DNA of 64,000 nt. Source: Squalus acanthias (lineage: Eukaryota). Within the stretch, counting starts at the first letter, position 1. The number at the start of each line of letters is the position of its first letter. The notes under the pieces were generated by a model. The model did not search any database. It was given only the letters and a program-made list of their open reading frames with translations, and was not told the DNA's origin. A program made the position numbers and the translations under genes. The stretch is from the NCBI GenBank assembly GCA_030390025.1, contig CM059432.1:95606001-95670000 (forward strand), given 5' to 3'. Shown piece after piece: positions 12,662 through 24,580 of the stretch.

Positions 12662-13876
12662 CTAAGCAAATCTGGCCAAGATGACTGCGTCCCTTGCATC
12701 CCTGGCAGCAATGTGCTCGCATGCTGCTGCCGCTGGTTGATGTGCCTCTTCAAGCTGTTCGTTGTCGCTCTCCTCCTCATCTGAGGAGGCTATGTGATGA
12801 GCCACTTGTTCCTCAGGCATCTGCAAGCCACGATGCTGTGCCATGTTGTGAAGTGCACAGCAGATAACGACCATTCTGGAGACCCTGGCTGCTGAGTACT
12901 GCAGGGCTCCACCTGATCTATCAAGGCATCTGAAGCGCATCGTCAGCAAGCCGATGGTTTGTTTGATTATGGATCTGGTGGAAATGTGGCTGGAGTTGTA
13001 GCGCTCCTCAGCTTCGTTGGATGGGCTCCTCAATGGCGTCATTAGCCATGTCTTCAGGGGATAGCCCTTGTCTCCAAGTAGCTATCCGAAAAGTTGGTCT
13101 GGCGGACTGAAGAGCGGAGGCACACTAGACTGGCGTAGGATGAAGGAGTCATGGCAACTGCCAGGGTACTTGGCGCAAACATGCAAAATTTCCTTCTTGT
13201 GGTCACACACCAGCTGTACGTTGAGGGAGTGGAAGCCCTTGCGGTTGACAAAAATACCTGGATTGTGATGGGGTGCCTTAAGTGCCACATGTTTGCAGTC
13301 AACGATGCCCTGCACCCTTGGAAAGCCTGCCAGATTGTCAAACCCAACCGCACACGCAGTTACACTGGCTTGATCCTTGGAGAAATTGATGTAATTGTGA
13401 GCGATGGCAAAGAGGGCATCGGTTACCTGCGTGATGGAAGTGTGTGCGGCCGCCTGGGAGACGCTGCTGATGTCTGCTGCTGATCCCTGGAATGAGCCTG
13501 AAGCCAAAAAGTTGAGTGCGGTGGTGATTTTGACAGCCACTGGTAAGGGATGTCCACCTGCTCCTCTGGGCTCCAGCTCTTGCTGCAGCATTGCGCAGAT
13601 GTCACCCACTACCTCTCGCGAAAGTCAGAGCCTCCTTTGGCACTGCTGCTCAATCATGTTGAGGTAGCTGATCCTCTGTCTGTAGACCCTGTTTTGAGGG
13701 TATCTCCTGCGCTGGTGCCTTCTGGCCTGTGCAGCTTCAGGTGGGTGAGCAGCAGCTTGGAGCTCCTGCTGTTGCTCCTGCAGTTGGTGCTGCTGTTGTT
13801 CAGGGTTCTGCTGCTGTCGCGGCTGGTCTTCGTCCGAATCTGATGTCCAGGAGGAAAGGAAATAAATGGTTCCCAT
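12662..13876 (-). pseudogene. Harbinger DDE transposase (HARBI1-like, 404 codons) with two in-frame stops
   Basis: Three ORF-track segments lie in one frame, with stops at 13625-13627 and 13082-13084. Motifs: [73 protein letters not shown] and CCALHN. Confidence 0.93.
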
Positions 13877-14845
13877 TCTTCTGGTATATGCCTCAGTTGA
13901 GGAAGCGCTCATTCAAGGTGGGGAGAGGGGTTTCCCAGGAGGTCACACTGGAGATGAGTGTCAGGCTCCAAACTTCCAGAACAATGAGTAGGCCTGCTAA
14001 AAGTTCCCCCAGACCTGAGACAACAAAGTTCTGCCACCTGCAAATGATGATTGCTGAAAACTCCTTTTTAATGGTGGAGCTGCAGCTGTTAGTAAGCAGT
14101 CCACTTGTGCTGCCGCCAGGATTCACTGGCGTGTTCCAGAGGAGACGTGGGAAAAGTGTTAAAATCAGAAAGGCCTCAAAATGGGATTGTAGAGGCAATT
14201 AAGTGGTTGTTAAGGGCCTTAAGGGCCTATCCCGCCTCTTGGAGGTGGGATGGAAACGGAGTCAGAAAACGCGTATGTGGGAAAATTGCTCGGAGGCGGG
14301 ATCAGGCCCGCTGCCTTTTTTTTTCGATTTTACCTCAAACGCCTCCAATCCCGCCTCCTCGGGCCTGGCAAAATCCAGCCCAATGTCTTCATAGCAACAA
14401 TCAGTGCTGAGAAAAAAACATCGATTTAAAAAATCTTAAAGAATAGTTAATCATGCATTTATATTGACATGACTTCCAACAAGTCCCAATCAGCAATCAC
14501 ATCAGCAGGTTATTTAAATAAATCAGAGAATGCCTTTAAAGGCAACCACGTGGTGCCAGGCCACCATTGCCTTTCAGTTTTAGTGGCAGTGGTATGAAAA
14601 CTGGCTTAAATGTAGGAAACTCATGATTGGCAATGACTTTACTGAGGGGGTGGAGCTATGGCAATTACCTTAGCCAAAAGCTTAAATGGTGATGCCGGGG
14701 CGGCACAAAGTTCTCAGGAAAATATGAAGTGCTATAATTAATGACGTAAGTAACTTCCTGCATAACTTTTTCTTTTGCGCCGTTCAAAAATCCCTATGGC
14801 ATAGTTGTGCCATTACAATGGTGCGACTACCCAGGTCATTGTAAT

Positions 14846-15480
14846 GCTCCAGAATTTGCTGGAGCGGAGCATCTTGCGACATGCCCTGAGTTAAATGTGG
14901 ACACCGTTAGGGGTGCGTTTATATAAAAAAAAATCAGCAATTTGTGGCGAAGAAAAGATATGCTGTGAGTTGCAAATCATCTCTCGATGCTGGATGAATT
15001 TTTCTCCACCGGTTGGCCTTGCAAAAACCAGAGCTCGACGTCAACCTCCCCATAAATTTCAAGAAATTTCTGCATTTGCGCTGTTAAAACAAACTAAACT
15101 CACCACAGAAAGTTAGGTCTGGTATTTAAAAGAGTTTCTTAAAATCTTAAATAAAAATCTTTCTTTTCCTTTCTGTTTTTTTTCCTCTTTCAATCTGACC
15201 TATTTTACCCTCTCTCTCTTTCTGTATTTAATTTGACTCTTAATTCACCCTTTCCTTCTCCGCTGTTCCTTTGTTTATTTCTCTATCGTTAAATCTCATT
15301 GATTAAGGAGATAGACAGTTGGTTCCATTGTTCACAAAGGACCCAGTTGACCTCGCTGCGCCGTTATCAGCTCACACTTCCAGCAATTTGCGCCACAAAT
15401 TTGTTGCGCTAATGGGTGAGGGAAAAAAATCCAACTGTGAGGCATGCTGTGTGATGCCCTGCTCCAGCAAATTCTGCCCC
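14846..15480. mobile_element. Harbinger-type MITE
   Basis: ~28-bp imperfect TIR (CAGAATTTGCTGGAGC core) with a 3-bp direct repeat AAT on both sides. The interior is shared with 45766-46527. Confidence 0.75.
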
Positions 15481-18400
15481 AATGTGTCCAGGTAACTTTC
15501 GCTGAATGTGGCCCACACCAAGTGCCACCGTATTGGATCATGCCCACCATATAAAATTAGTTTGACACCCCTGGTCCAAGCCAACACCTTATTGCTTTAT
15601 CTCGGCTCTTTTTCCATCTTCTAACTAGTAGATTTGATTTTTCTCCTCCTACTTCCTTTATTTATTCTGCATGTTATCTTATTTGCTAAATTATTATTTT
15701 TATATTTACCTCATGTATTTCAACCTTGTTTACTTGCTCTTTCTGGTTGCTTTTATTTTCCTGGTTCATTCCTTCCTAGTTTAAATTACTCTTCCCTTCC
15801 CTGTTTAGCCAGTTAATTAGCTCCCTTCCTGTTTAGATTTAGCCCAACCTTGGAGAATAGCTCTCATTTCCCCCATAACTGGGTGCCAGTACCCCATAAA
15901 ACGCAAGCCCTCTTCCTGACACAACAATAAAGTTCTTTCTCTTTATACGTGCTGTCTGACCTGCTGTGCATTTCCAGCATTTTGTGTTTTTATTTCGGAC
16001 AATTAAATTTTTTCCCTTTTTATTTTAAAGAGAAAAACAATGTATTCTGTTCCTGAGTGAAACAGCAGGGAGGTGAATTGCTTTCATGCTTTTCTCCTCT
16101 TATAATTGCCCTCTGGGAGGGGGTGTAAGAATTTCACAATTTTCATTATTTCCTCTTATTTCCAATGGACTGGCTGGATCTGGAAGTTAAGTGGGTAACT
16201 CTAGGCATTAACTTTTACTCCTACCATTCTGGCACGTGTGCCTGTATGTCTTCAACTAATATATTTCAAGTTTTCTCGGGTGGAGATTTAATGTTAAACA
16301 TTTTTTAGAATTTCAGTAACAGCACTGGGGTATAATTTACAGTTCTGAAGTTTTGTTTTAGCAGCTGACTGGTAAAAATGCATCTCGAGACTTTGCTTTA
16401 CATGTTGAGGTATGCACTGTACTGGCCTGGACACGTCGGGGATGATGGCTAACGTGCTGCATTATTTGTGCAAGTTGTTACAGCTGTTGTCACTAACCTC
16501 GTGGCATTTTTCTTCTTGTACCTGTAAAGAATAAGGCTTGTGATTGGAAAATAGGAAGGGTTCTTGGTTGGTAAGTAATTGTAGCACTGAAGGGCCTATG
16601 TACTTGATCTAATTAACTAAATTGCAATATTCTATAATAAGCATTTGAACTGAATGTCTTGCTCAGCATATTTCTTGGTATGTTTTTAGTTTTGTGTATG
16701 GACTTGAAGAATGGAATGCTATTGAAGTAATAGAACATTTAACAATTCTTGCATTACTGTATATGGTATTTTGTGTGAACTCTGAAAGGAAGGATAACCA
16801 TGTTGGGGATTGGAATGTTCTAACTGAGTGGAATGTTCTTACTGAGTATACTTGCAAGTCAACAATTAAAAGGGTTAAATGCAGTTCTTAAATCCCCTTG
16901 ATATTCCCTCCCTGAGACAAATGAGTCAAATAAAGAGGGATGGTCTCTAATCTCTTTATTCCTCCCCTCCTTCACCATAATTGGCATTCAGCAAGGTAGA
17001 TCAGTTTCACATATCTGGTAACCTTCTGAACTAGGTGAATGAGATTGCTTAACTAATTAATGTAACTAAGCTCCAAATAGTGAGTGATGTTTGTGATTTG
17101 TATACTAAATATTATGGGCTAGTTCTTGGGAGAGCAGCCCAAAAGCACTGTTCTCCCACATTTATTTTAAATTGCACTGTCAGCCTCCCTGTGAATGTTT
17201 GGCAGCGGTGAAGCGCATGTGCAGGCTGGCCATGATAGTTTGGTCAGTGCACTTGCACGGAATATTGACCTCTTGGTGCCAGTAAGTTTGTGCATGAAAA
17301 CGCCATGACATAACCGAAACTTGCTGCTGCCCTAATAAGTCTGGCAGCAGCCAGGAATTCCAATAAAAATGGGTCTTACTCATAGACTTCAATGCACTGT
17401 TTTGTAGGAGACAGGATGCAGACCTATGGTTCCTCACTCAATCACATTTGAGGGAGAGGTTCAGAGCAGAGGCCAGGTGCTTCCAAAGAATGCTAAGAGC
17501 CCCAGGCTACTCTCGTATTCCTCCTAAGCAGCTGGTTCCTAAGCAGCTGGTTACAAAGCAAAATTGGCAGTGATCTTGAGTAGGTCGCCTGTCCACTTGA
17601 CCAATCAGCACGGTGCATGGTACAGAGTGGCCTAAGAGGGGAAGGGAGAAAAATTAAGAAAAAAATCACCCAAAAAACTTTGCTTGGAGTCTGCTGTAGT
17701 CATCGGGTACTTTGGTTCAAATTAGAAACTGATGTATTGAGGTTTCTATGTCAATCGAATGTCTGTTACTAGTTCATTGAAAAAGTGCCCTGTTCAGAGC
17801 GTGGGTGGTTTTATGAATTAAACAGGAGTCTGAATTAATGTGGTTCCCACTCACCTGCAAAGCAGATTTCATCTTAGACTTTGGTTGTGTGGATCTAAGC
17901 AAAAGAATTCTTCACTCTGCAAACCAAAAATATTTGAATACTTTCATATGCTTAAGTATAGATATTCTTTTTTTCCTTTTAATTTCTTTAGCCAGCGCTT
18001 GTTGTAAAGAACTGTTAGAAGTAAGAGCTTGTGGTAGTTGTGCCATTGTTTTTTGTATGAAGAATTTGGGTATGCAGTGTAATGTTTTCTCTACCTGTCT
18101 CAAATTGTTCAGAGTTTCAGATTTGAGGCTAAGGCATGGAATTTGGCTGCTTTACTGTTCAAAATGGGCATTGGATTCATTGAAACTCAAAGAATCCAGT
18201 GTTCTTTTTCCTTAGTGAATGTGGGGAAATGACAGTACTGTACTGGGTTTGAATCAGGTCCCCAGTTAGGGAGGCATGCCAAATTCCTGCAGACCTGGGA
18301 AAATAATCTATAATTGTCGCCTTTACTTTACAACGCTTCTGCTGGCGATGGCACAACGTTGTTAGTAGCAGGCTGTAAGGTGAATGCAGTAATAGACCAC

Positions 18401-18639
18401 GGTATTGAGATTAATAGAAACACCTGGCTGAGATCCGTTAACCACGCACAGACTGGAGATTGAACCTGGGATTTTCTGGTCAGGTATTGATTACTAGACC
18501 GAGCGTTGCTTTTACGCACTCCTCCATTAGGGAAGCTGTTTTTGTGGTGTGTCATTGCTGTGGAATCTGCCCTGCAGTGTAAATGGGATGATTTTACAGT
18601 GCTGGGAGTTGAAATTATGCTGTATAATAACTGTTGGTG

Positions 18640-19397
18640 AAATTGGATTTAAAGTGGAAGATTTGAGTTATCCTAGGAAACAAACTGGACCAGAAAGAAA
18701 AGAGCAAAGAGTAGGAATGCTCGATATTGTGGATCAAAAAAACATAAGATATCGCACTATTGGCAAAAATTGAAGAAATTTCATGAAAATTTGGGCAACA
18801 ATTCAGGCAAAAGATCTCAGAAGAAAACAAAGATCATCACAATTGGAATGGATAACAACAATGTTTACCTCAAACTTAAAGCAACAACACTAAAGAAAGT
18901 AGACCACTTCACCTATTTTGAAATATGATAATGTAACAATACTAATATTGGGGAAGAGTTATCAGCTGAGTTGGGAAGAGTTACAACTTTTAACAAACTG
19001 GCTAACATCTAGAGAAACACTAAACTATTCTCAACAAGATCAGGCTTCACATAGCAGCACCCTAACCACATAGCACTGAAACTCAAGTCAGGCACAAAGA
19101 CTACAGAAAATAAATTTGTACGTTTTAACATTAGGTATCTTAAAGATACTGTACTCCGAAGCAGTTGGACAGATAAAGTCATGAACAAAATAAACAAAGA
19201 GTAATTCAGCTTCCAAAGGAAAAGTGCTTCAATTGACTAGATTGCAGGCATTGGATGCAAGACGCCAGACTACTGTGCCAAAGCAAAGTGTGGAACACCA
19301 ATAACCTGGCAAAACATTGTAGAGAACTTCCTTGAAGCTGACCCAGCAGCTTGCCAAAAAACAGGGTGGAGCGAAAAGATTGGTGCTGACCCTACGT
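18640..19397 (+). mobile_element. Highly degenerate RTE-like LINE remnant
   Basis: Scattered residual motifs (ISEENKDH/KTKI-like, KVDHFTY); no intact frame. Confidence 0.35.
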
Positions 19398-19405
19398 GAC
19401 TAGAA

Positions 19406-20083
19406 CAGTGGTTCTCAAACTTTCTTGGTTGAAGGACCAGTTTTCAAATCGATTTGTAATCACGGACCCACCCCCCATCTAAATTATAATACTCATAATA
19501 TGAAAGAACTGCATGTAAAGAGTGTTTTAATAATGCTTTAAGAAAACAGTTATTTACTTACAGGTATCGGTGAGATGGGTGAGCCTGCTTCTCACACCAA
19601 TTCTGGGCACTCCGCAGCAACAGATGGCCACTATTAGCCACTTAGTGCTGGACAATTTTTAAAGCTGTCAGCAGGCTGGCCAAGGTGAGTGAGGGCACGA
19701 GCACCCATGCACATGCTGGGATGTGGCTGGAAGCGTGACTCACTGCCATACTATCCCACTGGCATGTTCTGTAACAGCTGCATTGTGGGATTGGACGTGT
19801 TTGCGTGAACGTGTTCAGGCACGTGTTTGAAGGGCCCCGTAGGCGCTCTGATTACGTGTCGGGAGAATGACACAGTCGCCACGCCAGGGAGAGGAATCGG
19901 CTCAACCGGCAGGGAGGGCTCATTGCAAAGTGAGAGCGGGCCCAGCCATTGAGAATAATTCACAAGAACTGAATCAGTGTTGTTTTTTTAAAGAGGAGCA
20001 GGCTTGAAATTACCTCTGGCCGCGACCCCCTAGAAAGTCTCTGGACCTCCAGGGATCCGCGGACCCCAGTTTGAAAAACACTG
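19406..20083. mobile_element. Non-autonomous hAT (Charlie-like) transposon
   Basis: TIR CAGTGGTTCTCAAACT / AGTTTGAAAAACACTG; 8-bp TSD GACTAGAA / GCCTAGAA with the CTAG core typical of Charlie targets. Confidence 0.85.
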
Positions 20084-20678
20084 GCCTAGAATATGACACC
20101 ACCCACAGATGGTTAAAGGTGTTTAACCACTGTAAAACTAACTGAAGACCCCAGGCAAAAGTCTAAAAGTTGGGATTGCATTGATAAGATTTCCTTTTCA
20201 AGTAAACTCGAATGCTGAAGATGAGCTGCAACATAAGGAACAATATACTGATTTTTTTGTGTGTTTTAAATGGATCTTTTCTATATCCCAAGGCTATGCT
20301 TGAACAATGGAAACAAATCAATCAGCTGTTTCTAGTGCAGAGTCATGCAATCAGTATTCAAAGGAACATTCAGACATCTCTTACCATTTGAATACATGAT
20401 CCAAGCAACTAACAGTATATAGCTCCTCCACAGCTCCCATGACTTTAAAAGCAATGTCTTTCCAGGAAACATGAGCTGTATTTAAAGCCTTACTGAGAAA
20501 AAAGCTTTCATTTTTTAAAAACCGTATACTTTTTCACCATGTATGCTTCTCAGAGTTGAAAATAACTTCACTTGTATCTCAGAATATCAGTAAATCTCTT
20601 GCATCATATTCTGAACAGTTCAATCTGCACAGCTTTTATGAAATATATTTTTGAGTCATAAACCAGTCTGAAAACTAT

Positions 20679-21354
20679 GGGCTGGATTTTCATTGACCCG
20701 TGGAGGCGTGTGGGGGGTTAAAATTGCGAAAACTGGCGGGTGGGCACAAGTCCACCTCCATCCTGCCTCCACGCAATTTTCATTAAATCGTGTCTGCTGG
20801 TCCCGACCGGGATAGGCTGTTAAGGCCCTTAACGAGCCCTAATTTGCCTCTATAATGCCATTTTGAAAGGCCTTTGTGATTTTAACCCTTTTTCTATGTG
20901 AAGCACGCCAGTTCTGAACCACGAATGTGAAACCTGGCGGGAGCACATTTGGATAGCTGACTTTGGCTGGCGGGAGCACACTTGGCTGGATGGATGGATG
21001 GCTTGTATGGATGGATGGCTGTATGGATATATGGATAGCTATGTGGATGGATGTATATATGGATGGAGAGGAGACATATCTGGGAGTGGTGGTGTAAAAA
21101 TATCTGGGAGCAGACTTAGGACTGCTGCTGCTCATTGTGCATCCAGGCCCTCTCACAGCAAAGACCTTCAATGCAGCAGCAATGATGACATCATCAGAGG
21201 CGACTTTCAGACTGAAAACACTAATTGGTTCATGGGTTCCCACATGCTGGAACTCAATTGTCCAATTAGGTGAAAATTGCATCAATCTCCCACATCCAAT
21301 TGCAGTCGGGTGGATAACACGACCCCAACCCGCCCCAGTATCAAAATCCAGCCC
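20679..21354. mobile_element. Harbinger MITE related to the 10218-14381 element, in inverted orientation
   Basis: Perfect 12-bp TIR GGGCTGGATTTT and perfect TSD TAT (20676-20678, 21355-21357). Subterminal blocks match the reverse complements of ~14100-14235 and ~10315-10400. Confidence 0.9.
20984..21066 (+). repeat. Degenerate (TGGA)n microsatellite
   Basis: GGATGGATGGATG...GTATGGATGGATGG repeats. Confidence 0.85.
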
Positions 21355-22714
21355 TATGAATCTATACAGTATTCATACCAGTGAAGGATATCATGGGTAT
21401 TAATACTTAACACTAGGTATGTTCCAACAAATCTTTCTCAAGATGATCATTGACGAGACTGTTCCAAGGAATAAAATCATGAAGTGGAAACTTTGTTCTT
21501 GTTCATTTTCTGAATTGGCTTGTAGCATTACTCTGGTTGAACCCTGTTGTTGGGAGGCACAACTTGCTGAACTCTCCAACAGGGTTCTTAATGACCAATT
21601 GAAATATTGGAAAGTGATCTTGAAAGAATGGTTGAACTTCTGTTCTGACCAGGGACCCATCAGAGATATTATTGACGGCTGTTATATTCCATAAGACATG
21701 TGGTAGGGCTGCTGGCTTCCCAATCAGCCGGCTGCTGGGAAGACCAAATAAAATAAGTGTGTTAAATTTTGTTCCGAGGATAGCCTCCTGCATTTTTGAT
21801 GAATTCCACTTCAGGTTCTCTGCACGAGGGCTTTTTTTAAAAAAAAAAGTACCCTGGAAAAGTACTCTTGTCTGTATTTTCCAGCTTTCATTATTTTTTT
21901 TAAATGATGACTTTCTCCTACAAGAGAGGAGAAATCCCCTGATTTCAGAATGAAAAGATAGGTGATCCTGTTGCTTCAAATTAATTTTTTTAAACTATCG
22001 GAGGAGTTAAAATCGTCAGAGATTAAATTACAATGTTTTTTGTACTTGTTCAGTTGAAGTTAGGAAGTACTTTACTTTTCCTTCATCTCTACATCCTCCC
22101 TCCCTCACACCCCATAAAATATTTTCATCCTGTATGCTTTTTAGTGATGGTTGCTTTTTTTTTTACACTGGATAGAACCAACATTAAAACTGCTGGGGGG
22201 GAAAAAAGCAAAAAATATGCTGTAGCTACTGCAAATCTGAGCGAAAAGAACAAAATTCCAGAAGCAGGTCAGTCAGCATCTGTAGAGAGAATAAAAGAGT
22301 CAATCTTTCCAGTCAAGTTTAGTGTTCTGCCATGTAAAGCACAGTGTCTTATTGAGGCCACTGACTTATGATGATTGGGTAATCAAATTGTGTTTTTTGT
22401 TATTACATGGTATTTTGGTATGTTTACCAGTGTTTTACGAAATGAATTCTGAGACACTCAATTTTTTCCAGGAAAAGTGTTGCTTATTATATTCTTTGCC
22501 TATGTATTTAATTTCTATCTCTAACCTTTAAAGCCTAGGATACACACAAAAATGGCAGGTAATGTGTAGCTGATTGGCTGAAGGTGTGGAGATTAGAAAT
22601 AATGAGGTGGAAGGGGTTTTAGATTTAGCAGTACTGATGGGAGTGCTGGGCTATAGTAGGACAGTGGGAGGGGTTGTGGTATGTGGTCCAATGTCTCTAA
22701 ATTGTCTGACATCC

Positions 22715-23192
22715 AGTACTGGATGAGCAGAAATTTCCTCCAACTAAATATTGGGAAGACCTAAGCCATTGTCTTCATTCCCTGCCACAAACTCCGTTCC
22801 CTAGCCACCAAGTCCATCCCTTTCCCAGGAAACTGAGGCTGAACCAGACCATTCGCAACCTTGGTGACAAATTTGACTCCGAGATGAACTTCCGACCACA
22901 TATTCGCGCCATCACTAAGACCGCCTACTTCTACCTCACCTGTCTTCGCCCCTGCCTCAGCTCATCATCTGCTGAAGCCCTCATCCCATGCCTTTGTTAC
23001 CTCTAGACTTGACTATTCCAATGCATTCCTGGGCGGCCTCCCATCTTCCACCCTTCATAAACTTAAGGTCATCCAAAATTCTGCTGCCTGTACCCTAACT
23101 CGCACCAAGTCCCGTTCACCCATCACCCCTGTGCTCACTGACCTACAATGGCTCCTGGTTAAGCAATGCCTTGATTTCAAAATTCTCATCCT
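22715..23192 (+). mobile_element. L2 LINE fragment
   Basis: LQLNIGKT, HAFVTSRLDYSN and ITPVLTDLQWL motifs; ends abruptly at the G-rich tract. Confidence 0.85.
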
Positions 23193-24580
23193 GGCATGGA
23201 GGGCTTTGGAGAAACAAGCGGGCCCTAGGATGTGTCACAGCAGTTGGCGATTCCAGGATCTGGTAGCACTAGAAGGGAGGCTGGACTGGGGAGAAGTATC
23301 AGTGTCTGAAAGCAACGGGGATGTCCCCAAGAATCGATGTGGAGGGAGATCCCTGGGCTTAGGAATGCTGGGGCGTAGGCTCCAGGGGTCTTTGAATATA
23401 GCGGGTTTGGGATCATGGTTGGGGGTTGTTATTGATGGGGCCTGGTGGTACTGGAATGGAGGGTTGCTATATCTGGGAGAGAGTTCCTGTCATCTGGGAG
23501 CACTTATAGGGGAGCCTGTGAGTGTTGGTGCAGTGGTAAGGGATATTTCTGGATCTGGGAGCACTGGGGTGGGTCCCAGAGTATACAAGCCTTGGGCAGG
23601 AGGTGTGAATATGGGACTACTGATGGGGTTTCAGTGTCTGAGAGGGGTGTCTTGGGGTTCTGAGAATATAAGGGGGATAATGGGGTTTAAGAACATTGGG
23701 GATGGGGTTGCTGTGTGGGATTACTGGAAAGGGGGAATCCCAGGATCTGGGAGCAGGAGTGGTTTTGGGCTATAGAAATATAGGATGGGTGAGATCAAGG
23801 ACTGGGAGGGCAATTTTGGAATTTGGGAGCAATGGAGAAGTTGCTGGGGTCTGCGAGAGGTCCTGCTGTCTGGGAATGCTTGAAGTGGAGGCCTCAGTGT
23901 ACTGTAAAAGTGATCCTGGGGTATGTAAACATTGAGTAAGGGGTCACAGGATATGGGAGTATTGTAAGGATGTGTCCATGTCTGGGAGCCTGTGACTGAT
24001 GTATTTGTGTTCTGGGAGCAATAGAAGGGGAATAATGGGATTTGGGAGCAATGATGAGGTCTGGAAACATTGTAGACGGGATGTGGGACTACGGGGAGGA
24101 GGATCCTGGGATAAAGAAGCAGCAGGTGGTCTTGGGATGCTGAAGTATTGGGGTGGGAATCTGAGCATCTGGCAGCGATGAAATGGGTTTTGGGGACAGA
24201 TGAGGGGTGCTGGCATTTGGGAGCACTGGGAGGGAGTCCTGGTGTCTAGGAGCACGATGAGAGGGCTAGGTTTTGGGAGCACCTGAAGACAGGTTCTTAA
24301 GCAGTAGAGGGGTGGTTCTGCTTTTGGGGGATGGACCCTGGGGTATGCCAGTATTGGGTGGTTGGAGGATGCTAGGATATGGGAGTACTGGGGTCAGGGG
24401 TTCAGGTCCGGGAGCACCGGGAAGAGGTTTGTAGGTCTTTGGAGCAATGAAAGGGGTTGTTGGGTCTCTGAACATTGGGAAGAGGGTTGTTTGGTGCAGG
24501 ATTACTGGGAGGGGCTCCCTCTGGGAACGGAGATTAATGTTGGGAAGTGTGAGTACTGGGTGGGAGGGCATTGAACTCCT
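23192..24580 (+). repeat. G-rich degenerate tandem/low-complexity repeat
   Basis: About ten recurrences of (T/C)TGGGAGCA, many GGG/GGGG runs and strong strand asymmetry. Confidence 0.7.

Larger units (their letters stand above)
10218..14381. mobile_element. Full-length PIF/Harbinger DNA transposon (4164 bp), inactivated
   Basis: Perfect 13-bp TIR GGGCTGGATTTTG (10218-10230) / CAAAATCCAGCCC (14369-14381), 16/17 when extended. Encloses convergent Myb/SANT and transposase genes. The flanking triplets ATA and AAT are not identical. Confidence 0.93.

Noticed and set aside
12662..13876. Domesticated host gene HARBI1 (with NAIF1/MSANTD partner)
   Set aside because: Enclosed by TIRs, carries stops, and has a paralogous decayed copy and a related MITE nearby, so it is a transposon rather than the host gene.
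16350..16580. Possible non-coding exons (acceptor TTTTAG, donors GTATGC / GTAAGT)
   Set aside because: Splice-like motifs alone are common, and there is no coding or other support.
23131..23775. 214-aa Gly-rich ORF
   Set aside because: It starts in an L2 fragment and runs through a G-rich low-complexity tract, with no recognisable domain.
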